In this document: positions 9,201 to 16,287 of the stretch, piece by piece | Position numbering within the stretch: position 1 is the stretch's first letter | Layout: each line of letters starts with the position of its first letter | Virus record (IMG/VR): IMGVR_UViG_3300011475_000006 | Strand: one strand, 5' to 3' | DNA from: an uncultured virus (IMG/VR IMGVR_UViG_3300011475_000006) | Taxonomy: Duplodnaviria; Heunggongvirae; Uroviricota; Caudoviricetes | Length of the DNA: 24,624 nt | Notes under the pieces: model-generated | Database searches by the model: none | Told to the model about the DNA's origin: nothing | What the model saw: only the letters and a program-made list of their open reading frames with translations | Made by a program: the position numbers and the translations under genes

Positions 9201-9500
9201 CACTCAGGACTGAATAATGAACTACAAATTGACATTAAAGTTTTCCTACTAGATTCGAATATTTGCATTGACATTGCAAATAACTTATCTGATCAGGTTG
9301 CTGTTAGTCTAACTATAGAAAAAATAGAGTCTTTAAACAACTTATTAATATCACCGTATTCATTGGAGTTAATGCGTGAAGAAGGTGGCACTGGATTAGC
9401 CAAAGCAAGCAACTATATGAAACAAGCAAATCGCGGATACAATTTAATTGTTTTTTGTGAACATCAAAAATTCATAACAAGGTTAATAAAAAATGACTGA
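6267..9500 (+). CDS. Large atypical histidine-kinase-like protein with a C-terminal GHKL/HATPase domain
   Basis: N-box LINIFENSIKHSG (N975), G2-box EEGGTGL (G1040), candidate phospho-His in STEIRHG (H726); long helical N-terminus with no obvious TM; AT-rich. Confidence 0.75.
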   Translation: MFYINRDLIVKRRNKISVKNINFGKTLIPPLSRASLSFVNQESIPIALTKFLHSKNYTKIENELPFLIRSKKVKESMNAFTYDFETMGLKSIHVDLPFKTLISLYKNIYESEEDRLKTYVRLRDEIETALANGCYDKLNELLDQVKNELGESLWYARIKLLSLYLNGEAGEMQDFCTTLKSRTSDSMSLFIIHYFIILTQSIDPRSVIEVVLNKQLKELRSAGLIDYANLTQEFLVPAHMKEVKLTPYMLELFQKVNIIDQYNLITTSLMSFLIDVRKELDADDKTIFKGLFNVLQRITNDYKINNFLSSSVLETESELNIHIAKSTSSKYCETPPINTLRGVFNKPIKNLIEIYELSKRSTQSFDELRAHITRLNGTEACFWLESELIKAVPYYIAESKAKNIEILNSILTRSVVPDELNKLAIMVSADNSFYKTDEINSPDLSDFYIEQANTPELNLGFTKKSIENNIQHFIHEQELDKAINLAAKVLVHKEETYLSLPLKLLIKKVESEFKPTLDYLIVSHFYKKYISSNKSTLHNELFEEYIIANNVTKPSELFLNSTATSKKLYFFFKEICSLETMDFLSDFQNSDELRAERLRLLDYLYTNGTISKDEFYKEADEIVNQFILDSSASHFQISKIYVDEISLKKKLNKEISTLFESYKYAEDSNEDLEVVTLDGDESAPIQAFVRGAKSDILLKSIGLMLEAFLYDENHGLDTNLSTEIRHGFFSNYLRSDLESRRLISEIDADGNFKSMTYWDDMYINILSPAFLNDITEEFKVFTNGFNEAIREAQAWMKVSSSHEDKNALFIYNVYVNQYDYFKLWMEYCETAEEFMDEVFSMLWEITDDILILMREKINVDLKGKVQQLFYDLLNRLDLIKGGAVLTDLMSNIIASQNKTSEIISEISDWFNINQHRDFSQQTLSQVINVSINCLEKIKGKNININKTFSNELNNYMIDGFTVKKFILALINIFENSIKHSGLNNELQIDIKVFLLDSNICIDIANNLSDQVAVSLTIEKIESLNNLLISPYSLELMREEGGTGLAKASNYMKQANRGYNLIVFCEHQKFITRLIKND

Positions 9501-9945
9501 TATACTAATTGTCGAAGACAATTCACATAAACGTGAAAAGGTTATCGATTATATCCTTGAGCTTCTGCCCGATGCAATCATAGACCAAGCATTTTCATTT
9601 AGCTCAGGTAGTAAATTAGCTGTCGATAATAATTATGACATTATAATTCTCGATATTAGCTTACCTACTTATGATAAAACTGAAAATGATACTGGCGGTA
9701 GGAATCGAGCATTTGGAGGGCACGAGATTGCAAGGAAGATTATACGAAGAAAACTTAATACAAAGATTATATTCATTACACAATTTGATTCATTTAGTGA
9801 TCAAGATCGCTCACACTCTATCGATTCCTTAGAGGAATTATTAAAAAATGATTGCGGTGATAATTTTGTAGGTCTCGTGCGGTATGACAGTTCTAAATAC
9901 TCGTGGAAAGAGAAATTGAGTGTTCTTTTGGATATTGAATCATGA
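9493..9945 (+). CDS. Stand-alone response regulator receiver (REC) protein
   Basis: ILIVED, DIIILDISLP (D54), IIFITQ; 8-bp overlap with the upstream gene. Confidence 0.88.
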   Translation: MTDILIVEDNSHKREKVIDYILELLPDAIIDQAFSFSSGSKLAVDNNYDIIILDISLPTYDKTENDTGGRNRAFGGHEIARKIIRRKLNTKIIFITQFDSFSDQDRSHSIDSLEELLKNDCGDNFVGLVRYDSSKYSWKEKLSVLLDIES

Positions 9946-11117
9946 GAGTTATTATAGTCGACGATGACGAAATTCGTAGTAATAACATAAAAGCATGGCT
10001 TATAGAGAAGAACATATCTTCTAGTGATGTTGTCACTATAGTATCCTGCACTAGCTCGGCCAGGACCTTGTTAAAGAACTTTTTTTATGACGTACTAATT
10101 TTAGATGTAGTTTTGCCTAAAAGGGATGGTGATAAATCTAAGTGGACAAATGGCATTGAACTTCTTAATTACATTAATACATCTTCGTTAGCAAAAAAAC
10201 CGAGTAAAATAATTGGCATTACGGCCTATAGTGATGATATTCAAAATTTTAAAAATGAGTTTGAGAGATATTGTTTTACAGTTGTTGAAGTAGTTCGAGA
10301 GAGCGAGGATTGGAAATTAAAATTCCTTAACGTTTTCAATTACCAATCATCATCTAAGCTAGCGAGTTTAGATGATGAGAAGCCTATCATAGCTATCACA
10401 GTACACGGAATAAGAACTTTTGGTAATTGGCAAGAAAAACTGAGATCGATGATACAAAGTCGAGTATCATACATTGATTTTCAAACTTATAAATATGGTT
10501 ACTTTGCAGGAGTCAATTTTTTTACACCCTTAGTTAGAAACATACAAATAAAAAGGCTGAAAGTAAGACTTTTAGATTTATTTAAGGCGAATCATGATAA
10601 ACAATTTGTTTTCTATGCGCATAGCTTTGGCACATACTTAGCAGTAAGAGCTATTGATGACATCATAAAAAGCGGAATTGAAGTTCCACAATTAACATTG
10701 GTACTTGCTGGTAGCGTGCTCCCTTCAAATTATAACCTCAATCACATTCTTGAACATAATAAAAAGAATGTCATTATAAATGATTGCGGCAACAATGATT
10801 ATGTTCTGTGGATTAGCGAAGCACTTGTGCCCTCAACAGGTATGGCTGGTAGAACAGGTTTTTATGGAGTGAATAATTCCAGACTCGTTAATAGATACCA
10901 CCAAGGAAATCATAGTCATTATTTTGAGAATGAAGGTTTCATGGAAAAATACTGGCTACCTATACTTTGGAAAGAAACCTTAATAGGAAATACTGATATA
11001 AGACCGTTTTCATTCATTGAGCATGGTATTTTAGAACAATTAGTGGTTTTTTCACGTAAGTTGAAGTTCGCGTATCCATTACTAGCCATTTTCATTTTAT
11101 ATTATTTATTGCTGTAA
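9942..11117 (+). CDS. REC domain fused to an alpha/beta-hydrolase with a C-terminal hydrophobic anchor
   Basis: VIIVDDD / DVLILDVVLP (D55) / IIGITAY receiver; VHGI oxyanion loop, AHSFG elbow (S228), candidate D286 and H324; tail FAYPLLAIFILYYLLL; ATGA overlap. Confidence 0.82.
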   Translation: MRVIIVDDDEIRSNNIKAWLIEKNISSSDVVTIVSCTSSARTLLKNFFYDVLILDVVLPKRDGDKSKWTNGIELLNYINTSSLAKKPSKIIGITAYSDDIQNFKNEFERYCFTVVEVVRESEDWKLKFLNVFNYQSSSKLASLDDEKPIIAITVHGIRTFGNWQEKLRSMIQSRVSYIDFQTYKYGYFAGVNFFTPLVRNIQIKRLKVRLLDLFKANHDKQFVFYAHSFGTYLAVRAIDDIIKSGIEVPQLTLVLAGSVLPSNYNLNHILEHNKKNVIINDCGNNDYVLWISEALVPSTGMAGRTGFYGVNNSRLVNRYHQGNHSHYFENEGFMEKYWLPILWKETLIGNTDIRPFSFIEHGILEQLVVFSRKLKFAYPLLAIFILYYLLL

Positions 11118-11186
11118 ATATCGCTATATCTTCTAGAAATATATTTGGCTTCCTATTAGTTAGTAATATTTTTTTTCGTTAAGCCC

Positions 11187-11220
11187 TTACCCTTCAGGTG
11201 ATAAATAACCTGAAGGGTAA
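11187..11220. terminator. 13-bp perfect inverted repeat between the convergent cassette and P
   Basis: TTACCCTTCAGGT-N8-ACCTGAAGGGTAA; no adjacent U-tract on either strand. Confidence 0.5.
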
Positions 11221-11359
11221 CAGTTCATTCTGACATAATAATGCCCTCCCCATGCATCTCAAAATAGTTCACACTCGCTCTTAGCCTTGGGTGCTTTATT
11301 TTTCCTCAATTCAACAATCTCGGGTGATTTCGTCGCTCCGCACTATCAGTCGGCTAAAA

Positions 11360-12040
11360 CTACCCGCCAGATTTCATTCGTCCATATTTCACTTTGAGCA
11401 GTTCAGCTGGCGTTGGCCCCTTCGGAGCCACTGTCGCGGCCAGCGCCCGTCGAACAGGTGGAATCGGCTTCCCAGCCACCACCCGCCTTTCCCACATATT
11501 CATAATCTCGCCAGCTTCACGCTCAAGCTCTTTGTGGCTCAGTTGGCCATCGGTTCCACGGCGACGCAACTCGAGGCAGATGTGGTAATAAACCGGCTTC
11601 GGCCAGGGATACTGCTCACTGCTCGGGTACCGGAATACCAGCTTACGCCACTTCCAGTATTCAGCCATGACGTCAGCAGTGGTGATCCCCAGCACGCAGC
11701 GCCCTTCCCTGCACCACTTGATGAACTGGCCTGGCGAAGGCAGAAATGGGCGCTCCTGGCGCCGTACCATGAGCATACCGGCTTCAACCTGCTCCAGAGT
11801 GGTGATCCCGTTTTCTTTGAAGGCCAGCACCCACTGGCGGCGGATCTCGTTAACATCTTCCTGACTGCGATTAACCAGGCTTGCCGGGAACGCAGCTGCC
11901 AGCTGTACGAATAGCCCGTTGATAATCTGCGCCACCTGCTGCGTTTGTTCGCGTTCGGTGTACTGCTCAGGCAGGTTGTGCGCCACACGGCGTGCCTGTT
12001 CCCGGTCAAAACTGCGAATGTTCTCTGCGAGGTTTTTCAT
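11360..12040 (-). CDS. P: Replication protein P (lambda P family helicase loader)
   Basis: EIRRQWVLAFKENGITTLEQV and RQERPFLPSPGQFIKWC motifs; ATGA overlap with O. Confidence 0.92.
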   Translation of the reverse strand: MKNLAENIRSFDREQARRVAHNLPEQYTEREQTQQVAQIINGLFVQLAAAFPASLVNRSQEDVNEIRRQWVLAFKENGITTLEQVEAGMLMVRRQERPFLPSPGQFIKWCREGRCVLGITTADVMAEYWKWRKLVFRYPSSEQYPWPKPVYYHICLELRRRGTDGQLSHKELEREAGEIMNMWERRVVAGKPIPPVRRALAATVAPKGPTPAELLKVKYGRMKSGG

Positions 12041-12954
12041 TCAAGCACCCCGTCAATCCAGTCGGTGTTATGCAGGTCAACGCCGCCCCGGTAAGGTTTT
12101 GCCGTTCCGGTTGCACGCAGCCGTTTGGTAGTGAGCTGATCCCACTGTTTGCGCAGACTTGACGGGCTCAGGATGTTGTCTCTCCAGAACTCGTCCCGGT
12201 TGGCCCACAGGAACAGGTCGCAGATTTCGTAGTGCGTGCGATTGTCCTGGACACGCATCAGCCTGATGGTGTTTGCCCATTCAGCCCAGTTGGGTTCGGA
12301 TAGCGAGGCGTTGACCGTAAGAAGCCTGTCGTAAATCCAGCGAGCGGCCTTGAGGTCATCAGCTGATCCCCATGATTTACCTGCAGGGGTGTATATCCCG
12401 GCGGCAGCTTCTGGATGGCGTGAGAGAAACTTTTGAGTTTTCTGGTTTCGGGATTCGTCAGAATTCCGAGACGAGGATCTTTTAATATTGTTCTTGTTAT
12501 AGTCTTGGGTGTCTACCGTTTCCGGGAAGGTTTTTCCCGTTTTCGGTAACACTTTTCCCGATTTCGGGAAGACTTTTCCCGTTTTCGGTTTGTCTAAAAT
12601 CCAGGCTGAAAGGTCAGTATTTATACCGACCGTTTTCATCACGCCCTGCTTCTGACTGAAGATAATTTTGCGTTCTGCGAGTGACTTGAGCGCATCAGAA
12701 ACGTGGGAATCACTCAGCGCTGTAAGCTCAGCAATAACCGTGTTTGTAACGCGGTCCTGTTTCTTGTTCCAGCCGTAGGTAAGCCAGATCACCGCTTCAA
12801 AACACTGCCACTCACGGCCTGACATTCTCAGACGAGGCTTGAGCTGTTGGATCTCGTTAGCGACCTTGGTATACCCATTCGACAGGTCGGCCATACGACC
12901 TCCCGGTTGTTCGGTTCTGTGGGGGAAATTGATAATTTCAGCTGTGTTTGACAT
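12037..12954 (-). CDS. O: Replication initiator O (lambda O family)
   Basis: ADLSNGYTKVAN, TYGWNKKQD and FWRDNILSPSSLRKQWDQL motifs; internal iterons; GGAG SD before MSNTAEII. Confidence 0.92.
   Translation of the reverse strand: MSNTAEIINFPHRTEQPGGRMADLSNGYTKVANEIQQLKPRLRMSGREWQCFEAVIWLTYGWNKKQDRVTNTVIAELTALSDSHVSDALKSLAERKIIFSQKQGVMKTVGINTDLSAWILDKPKTGKVFPKSGKVLPKTGKTFPETVDTQDYNKNNIKRSSSRNSDESRNQKTQKFLSRHPEAAAGIYTPAGKSWGSADDLKAARWIYDRLLTVNASLSEPNWAEWANTIRLMRVQDNRTHYEICDLFLWANRDEFWRDNILSPSSLRKQWDQLTTKRLRATGTAKPYRGGVDLHNTDWIDGVLE
12478..12588. repeat. Replication origin: 21-bp iterons plus AT-rich flank inside O
   Basis: Units start at 12516, 12537, 12558 and 12579 (partial), each with a CCG-N4-CGG core; AT-rich stretch at about 12478-12502. 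Confidence 0.88.
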
Positions 12955-13031
12955 ACTTAGCTCCGCAATTACACTCCGTTTTTGCACCTGAAAGCCGTTG
13001 GTGTTCGAGCACCGCGGCTTTCGCCTTTTTT
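12948..13031 (+). ncRNA. OOP-like antisense RNA unit (promoter + short hairpin RNA)
   Basis: TTGACA-N16-TACACT (12948-12975), then a GAAAGCCG...CGGCTTTC hairpin and T6; same position and orientation as lambda oop. Confidence 0.6.
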
Positions 13032-13038
13032 GAAGTTT

Positions 13039-13581
13039 TCACATTGCCCCCAGCATGGTTGTGACCATCGTCATCAGCGGACCTACTTGCTCCGGCATGA
13101 GGCGGAACAGCGACGCTATCCCCTCACTTACCTCTTTCAGTTTCTGATGCTCTGGAGCGTCCAGCAGGACAGCCTGCTTAGCCTCGGCACACTCTTTCAT
13201 CGCGGAGGCGATCAGCGACATTGTGTCGTTCTTCGGCGCCAGACGGTTACGGAACTCCAGCGGCAGGACGGCCATGATTGCCGGGGCCAGTTGGCGGACA
13301 TTCTCACGGTACTGCTCAGAGTCGAAACGGTTATCCAAGAAGCGAAACAGCTTCTGGCGCGCACGGCTGATATCCTCCGGGAAGCTGATGGCTGTTCCGC
13401 CCCGCTCCCGGTATTCGTAGATGATCAGCGCTGACACGACGTCCTGATTGTTCAGCGCCGACGACCACGCCCGGACTACTTCGCGGATCTTTTCGTGGTC
13501 TGGAGCCGCCTTAGGTTGAGCGCGGTTTATCATTTCTCCTGGGTGTATTCTGGTATTCTGTTGATACGCAAGTGAATGCAT
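13039..13581 (-). CDS. CII-position regulator, YdaT family
   Basis: Between cro and O; VRAWSS...RARQKLFRFLD...LAPAIMAVLPLEFR pattern. Confidence 0.8.
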   Translation of the reverse strand: MHSLAYQQNTRIHPGEMINRAQPKAAPDHEKIREVVRAWSSALNNQDVVSALIIYEYRERGGTAISFPEDISRARQKLFRFLDNRFDSEQYRENVRQLAPAIMAVLPLEFRNRLAPKNDTMSLIASAMKECAEAKQAVLLDAPEHQKLKEVSEGIASLFRLMPEQVGPLMTMVTTMLGAM

Positions 13582-13610
13582 TGATTTCCCTTTCGTGGTT
13601 AGGGCCGCCA

Positions 13611-13838
13611 TTAAGCGGCTGTATTATTCGCCCCAAGCAGCTGGGCGAGATCTGGACGGATATCTGCTGGTTTGAGCTTGCCGTTGGTTGCAGTGACAAT
13701 CTTCATTACGTAGCGGGCATCTATGCCGCCACCGTGCAACCAGCGCCAAACCGTCGGCTGCGCCACGCCGCACAGGTCTGCTAATTTCTTCTGGCTACCA
13801 GCGATATCAATGGCGCGCTGGATGGTTTTGTTCGTCAT
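13611..13838 (-). CDS. cro: Cro-like HTH regulator (YdaS family)
   Basis: GSQKKLADLCGVAQPTVWRW HTH and DIRPDL; divergent from cI. Confidence 0.9.
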   Translation of the reverse strand: MTNKTIQRAIDIAGSQKKLADLCGVAQPTVWRWLHGGGIDARYVMKIVTATNGKLKPADIRPDLAQLLGANNTAA

Positions 13839-13870
13839 ATTCCAATTCCCATTAGTATTGGTTCGAATTG

Positions 13871-13942
13871 ATAATAGCAATGCGTATCGATTAGAGCAAT
13901 AGCTAAACGTGTTTTGACCATCAATACGCAAGCGTATAAATT
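13871..13942. promoter_or_regulatory. OR region: three 16-bp operators, pR and pRM
   Basis: AATAGCAATGCGTATC (13873), AATAGCTAAACGTGTT (13898), AATACGCAAGCGTATA (13923), 25-bp period; pR TTGCTC-N17-TATTAT (-); pRM TTGACC-N17-TAAATT (+). Confidence 0.8.
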
Positions 13943-13949
13943 TAAACTC

Positions 13950-14654
13950 ATGAAAAAAGAAACTCTTGCAGAACGCCTGAATCAGGCAATGGAACTATCT
14001 GGCATGTCTCAGGGCGCTCTGGCTAAGGCGTCTGGTGTTGCTCAGCCCACCATCTGGAGGCTGACCAGTGGCAATGCCCGTGGCTCAACTAAAATCGTTG
14101 AGATCGCAAATGCGCTTGGCGTTCGCTCTGAGTGGCTTTCAACCGGAGTTGGCCCGATGCGTGATGATGGTCAAAAGCCCGCAATTTCACAGCCAAAAAC
14201 CGAGCTGGGACCTACTGACACATTCCGCATTGAAGCGCTAGACTTTTACGTAAGCGCTGGGCCAGGAGCCATCAACAGCGAGTTTGTAGAGGTACTACGC
14301 TCCGTGGAATATTCAGTCGAAGATGCTCGTCAGATGTTCAATGGCAGGAAGGCGGAGCAGATCAGAATCATCAATGTTCGCGGTGACAGCATGTCCGGGA
14401 CGATTGAGCCAGGCGACCTACTCTTCGTCGATATCAGCGTTCAGCACTTTGATGGCGATGGAATTTACGCCTTCATCTACGACGACACCTCACACGTTAA
14501 ACGCCTACAAAAGATGAAAGACAAGCTTCTGGTCATTTCAGACAACCAGACATACCGCCCATGGGATCCGATTGAAAAAGAAGAAATGAACAGGATACTT
14601 GTGTTCGGTAAAGTGATTGGCAGCATGCCTCAAACATACAGAAAACACGGTTAA
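13950..14654 (+). CDS. cI: CI-like repressor (XRE HTH + S24 peptidase)
   Basis: SQGALAKASGVAQPTIWRL HTH; VSAG cleavage site, GDSM catalytic Ser, VKRL catalytic Lys. Confidence 0.95.
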   Translation: MKKETLAERLNQAMELSGMSQGALAKASGVAQPTIWRLTSGNARGSTKIVEIANALGVRSEWLSTGVGPMRDDGQKPAISQPKTELGPTDTFRIEALDFYVSAGPGAINSEFVEVLRSVEYSVEDARQMFNGRKAEQIRIINVRGDSMSGTIEPGDLLFVDISVQHFDGDGIYAFIYDDTSHVKRLQKMKDKLLVISDNQTYRPWDPIEKEEMNRILVFGKVIGSMPQTYRKHG

Positions 14655-14691
14655 CATTTTTGCCTAACGGCTTTTCACAGCAAGGATTATC

Positions 14692-15177
14692 ATGAAAAAG
14701 TTAGTTATTGCAGCGACAGCTGCTGTGCTTCTCTCTGGGTGCATGTCCATTCCTAAACCAGTAAACCTCCCGCCGTTCCCGCAGGCCGAGTATGACAAGT
14801 TGAAGCTTGATGGCTCTGAGAAACTGACTGGTCAGGCCTTCCTCAAGACAATGGGTGGAGACGTAAAAGTAGCGGCCGGCAGCCAGGTGATCCTGATGCC
14901 AAAAACCTCTTATACCGATTTCCAGTTCACCACATGCATGGGGATGACCCGCTGCGACAAAGAAGATATGCGTGCCGCGAAGTATGAGAAGGTCACCATT
15001 GCTGATGCCCAGGGCAAGTTTGAGTTTGATAACATTGCCCCAGGCGAATATTACGTCCAGACCAGCGTGACCTGGATGCGTCCATCCACTTACGGGTTGG
15101 TGACTGAAGGCGGCGCGCTGATGTCAGCCGCATCAGTAAAAGCAGGCCAAAACAATACAGTGATGGTTACCAGGTAA
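14692..15177 (+). CDS. Lipoprotein with a carboxypeptidase-regulatory-like beta-sandwich
   Basis: Lipobox LSGC; ADAQGKFEFDNIAPGEYYV motif; AAGGA SD; directly downstream of cI. Confidence 0.8.
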   Translation: MKKLVIAATAAVLLSGCMSIPKPVNLPPFPQAEYDKLKLDGSEKLTGQAFLKTMGGDVKVAAGSQVILMPKTSYTDFQFTTCMGMTRCDKEDMRAAKYEKVTIADAQGKFEFDNIAPGEYYVQTSVTWMRPSTYGLVTEGGALMSAASVKAGQNNTVMVTR

Positions 15178-15191
15178 TCATCAAAGTTCAG

Positions 15192-15220
15192 AAAAACCCA
15201 GCCACAGTGCTGGGTTTTTT
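15192..15220 (+). terminator. Terminator closing the cI-lipoprotein unit (bidirectional-type)
   Basis: A5-CCCAGC-N6-GCTGGG-T6. Confidence 0.85.
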
Positions 15221-15309
15221 ATTGCCCGCATTAAGCCCCTCGTCCACCTAACACCATTCGCAACGAAAAAACCACACGAATCACAATCAATCGAAAAATC
15301 ATCAAAATA

Positions 15310-15396
15310 AATTCCTTTAGCTATCAACACGTTAATGCCTAATGCTATTAATTAATATCAATACGTATTGCTATGAATAATACCCATAGCTATCAT
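15310..15396 (+). promoter_or_regulatory. OL operators and pL promoter
   Basis: Operator-like 16-mers at 15310, 15334, 15360 and 15379 sharing the OR half-sites; TTGCTA-N17-TATCAT at 15368-15396. Confidence 0.78.
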
Positions 15397-15460
15397 GAAG
15401 CCATCGAAACGAAACATCGACAGCTGAGCGAGGTTAGCCAGCGGCGGACAGCAAGTCGCC

Positions 15461-15472
15461 TGCTTTTTAACA
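15461..15472 (+). promoter_or_regulatory. boxA-like antitermination element in the pL leader
   Basis: TGCTTTTTAACA, one mismatch to rrn boxA TGCTCTTTAACA, preceded by a hairpin. Confidence 0.55.
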
Positions 15473-15847
15473 ACATACAGATTTACAGCGTCAATGACCT
15501 GTTAAGACCCCTACACGAAAACGTACTGTATCACCGGGTTCGATCAGGTCGGTGAGAGAGTATCCCGCACGAGAGCGAGAACGGCGTGAGAACGGGCAAC
15601 ACTGGCAGGGAGTTGGCGCTACCAATACAGGTAATGTTTTGGGGTGTGGTGGCAGTGTCCTCAAGCGAGGTGCAACGCTAGCAGTGTGATAAGACCTGAA
15701 AATCGGTTGGGCAGAGTGTTGTTTGCCAATACAGAAGCAGGGCGCTCAGGAAGTAAGTGAGAGTGGCGACTCAATGCCACCCATCACACCACCTAAGCAT
15801 TTCAATGGGTCGAATGGCCTGCGATGAATAAACAAAGGGGTGAGGGT

Positions 15848-16009
15848 ATGGATAAAAGACTGGAAGAGTACCTGGCTGCTCTAGCAAAACAAGCAGGCGT
15901 CAGTTTTAGTGAGGCCTGCAAGATTGTAATACGACAAATCAACGATCATCATCGCAGTGATGAAAATCAAAATTCAGTGGTAGGTGGTAATTCATCTATC
16001 AAGAGCTAA
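15848..16009 (+). CDS. Small hypothetical protein (pL operon)
   Basis: GGTGAGGG upstream of ATG; 53 aa; 3' end overlaps the antisense ghoS-like gene by 18 bp. Confidence 0.4.
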   Translation: MDKRLEEYLAALAKQAGVSFSEACKIVIRQINDHHRSDENQNSVVGGNSSIKS

Positions 16010-16273
16010 ATACCAAGCTCTTCCTTCACTTTGAGTTACAAGGATATGAGGATCGATGTTTAACGATTTGGATATGCGCATCACCTCATCTCGAACCTGA
16101 TATAGGCCTAATGATTTAGAGGCTACATATTCCGCATCCGGGAGCTTGAACACCTGCCCATCATCGCCAGTAACCGTTCGATGATATCCGGAAGCAAGCA
16201 TGCTTTCATGAAGCTTGTTATAGGTTTCCCAATCAGCGCCACTTAGCTCAACCCTAACGGTGTAGTCCGTCAT
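15992..16273 (-). CDS. GhoS/DUF2622-like (Cas2-like fold) putative endoribonuclease
   Basis: YTVRVEL..AD...Y..LHE.M...GY.RTVTGDDG..F.LPDAEY pattern; AAGGA SD. Confidence 0.72.
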   Translation of the reverse strand: MTDYTVRVELSGADWETYNKLHESMLASGYHRTVTGDDGQVFKLPDAEYVASKSLGLYQVRDEVMRISKSLNIDPHILVTQSEGRAWYLALDR

Positions 16274-16287
16274 TGATATTCCTTATT

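Noticed and set aside
11291..11914. 207-aa + strand ORF as a fourth gene of the cassette
   Set aside because: Antisense shadow of P, lies beyond the hairpin, phage-like composition, no motifs.
12516..12588. 21-bp tandem repeats as a novel repeat or mini-CRISPR
   Set aside because: No spacers; position within O next to an AT-rich tract is that of ordinary lambdoid origin iterons.
13039..13838. YdaS/YdaT as a toxin-antitoxin pair
   Set aside because: Position and operators identify them as the Cro and CII equivalents of the immunity region.
15523..15541. Possible LexA box starting TACTGTAT
   Set aside because: The right half-site (ACAG at CTGT-N8) is missing.
15373..15555. 60-aa ORF as an N antiterminator
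   Set aside because: Its start lies within the pL promoter/operators, with no SD and no Arg-rich N motif.
15531..15556. GGTTCGATC resembling a tRNA T-loop
   Set aside because: No complete T-stem, acceptor stem or cloverleaf could be built.
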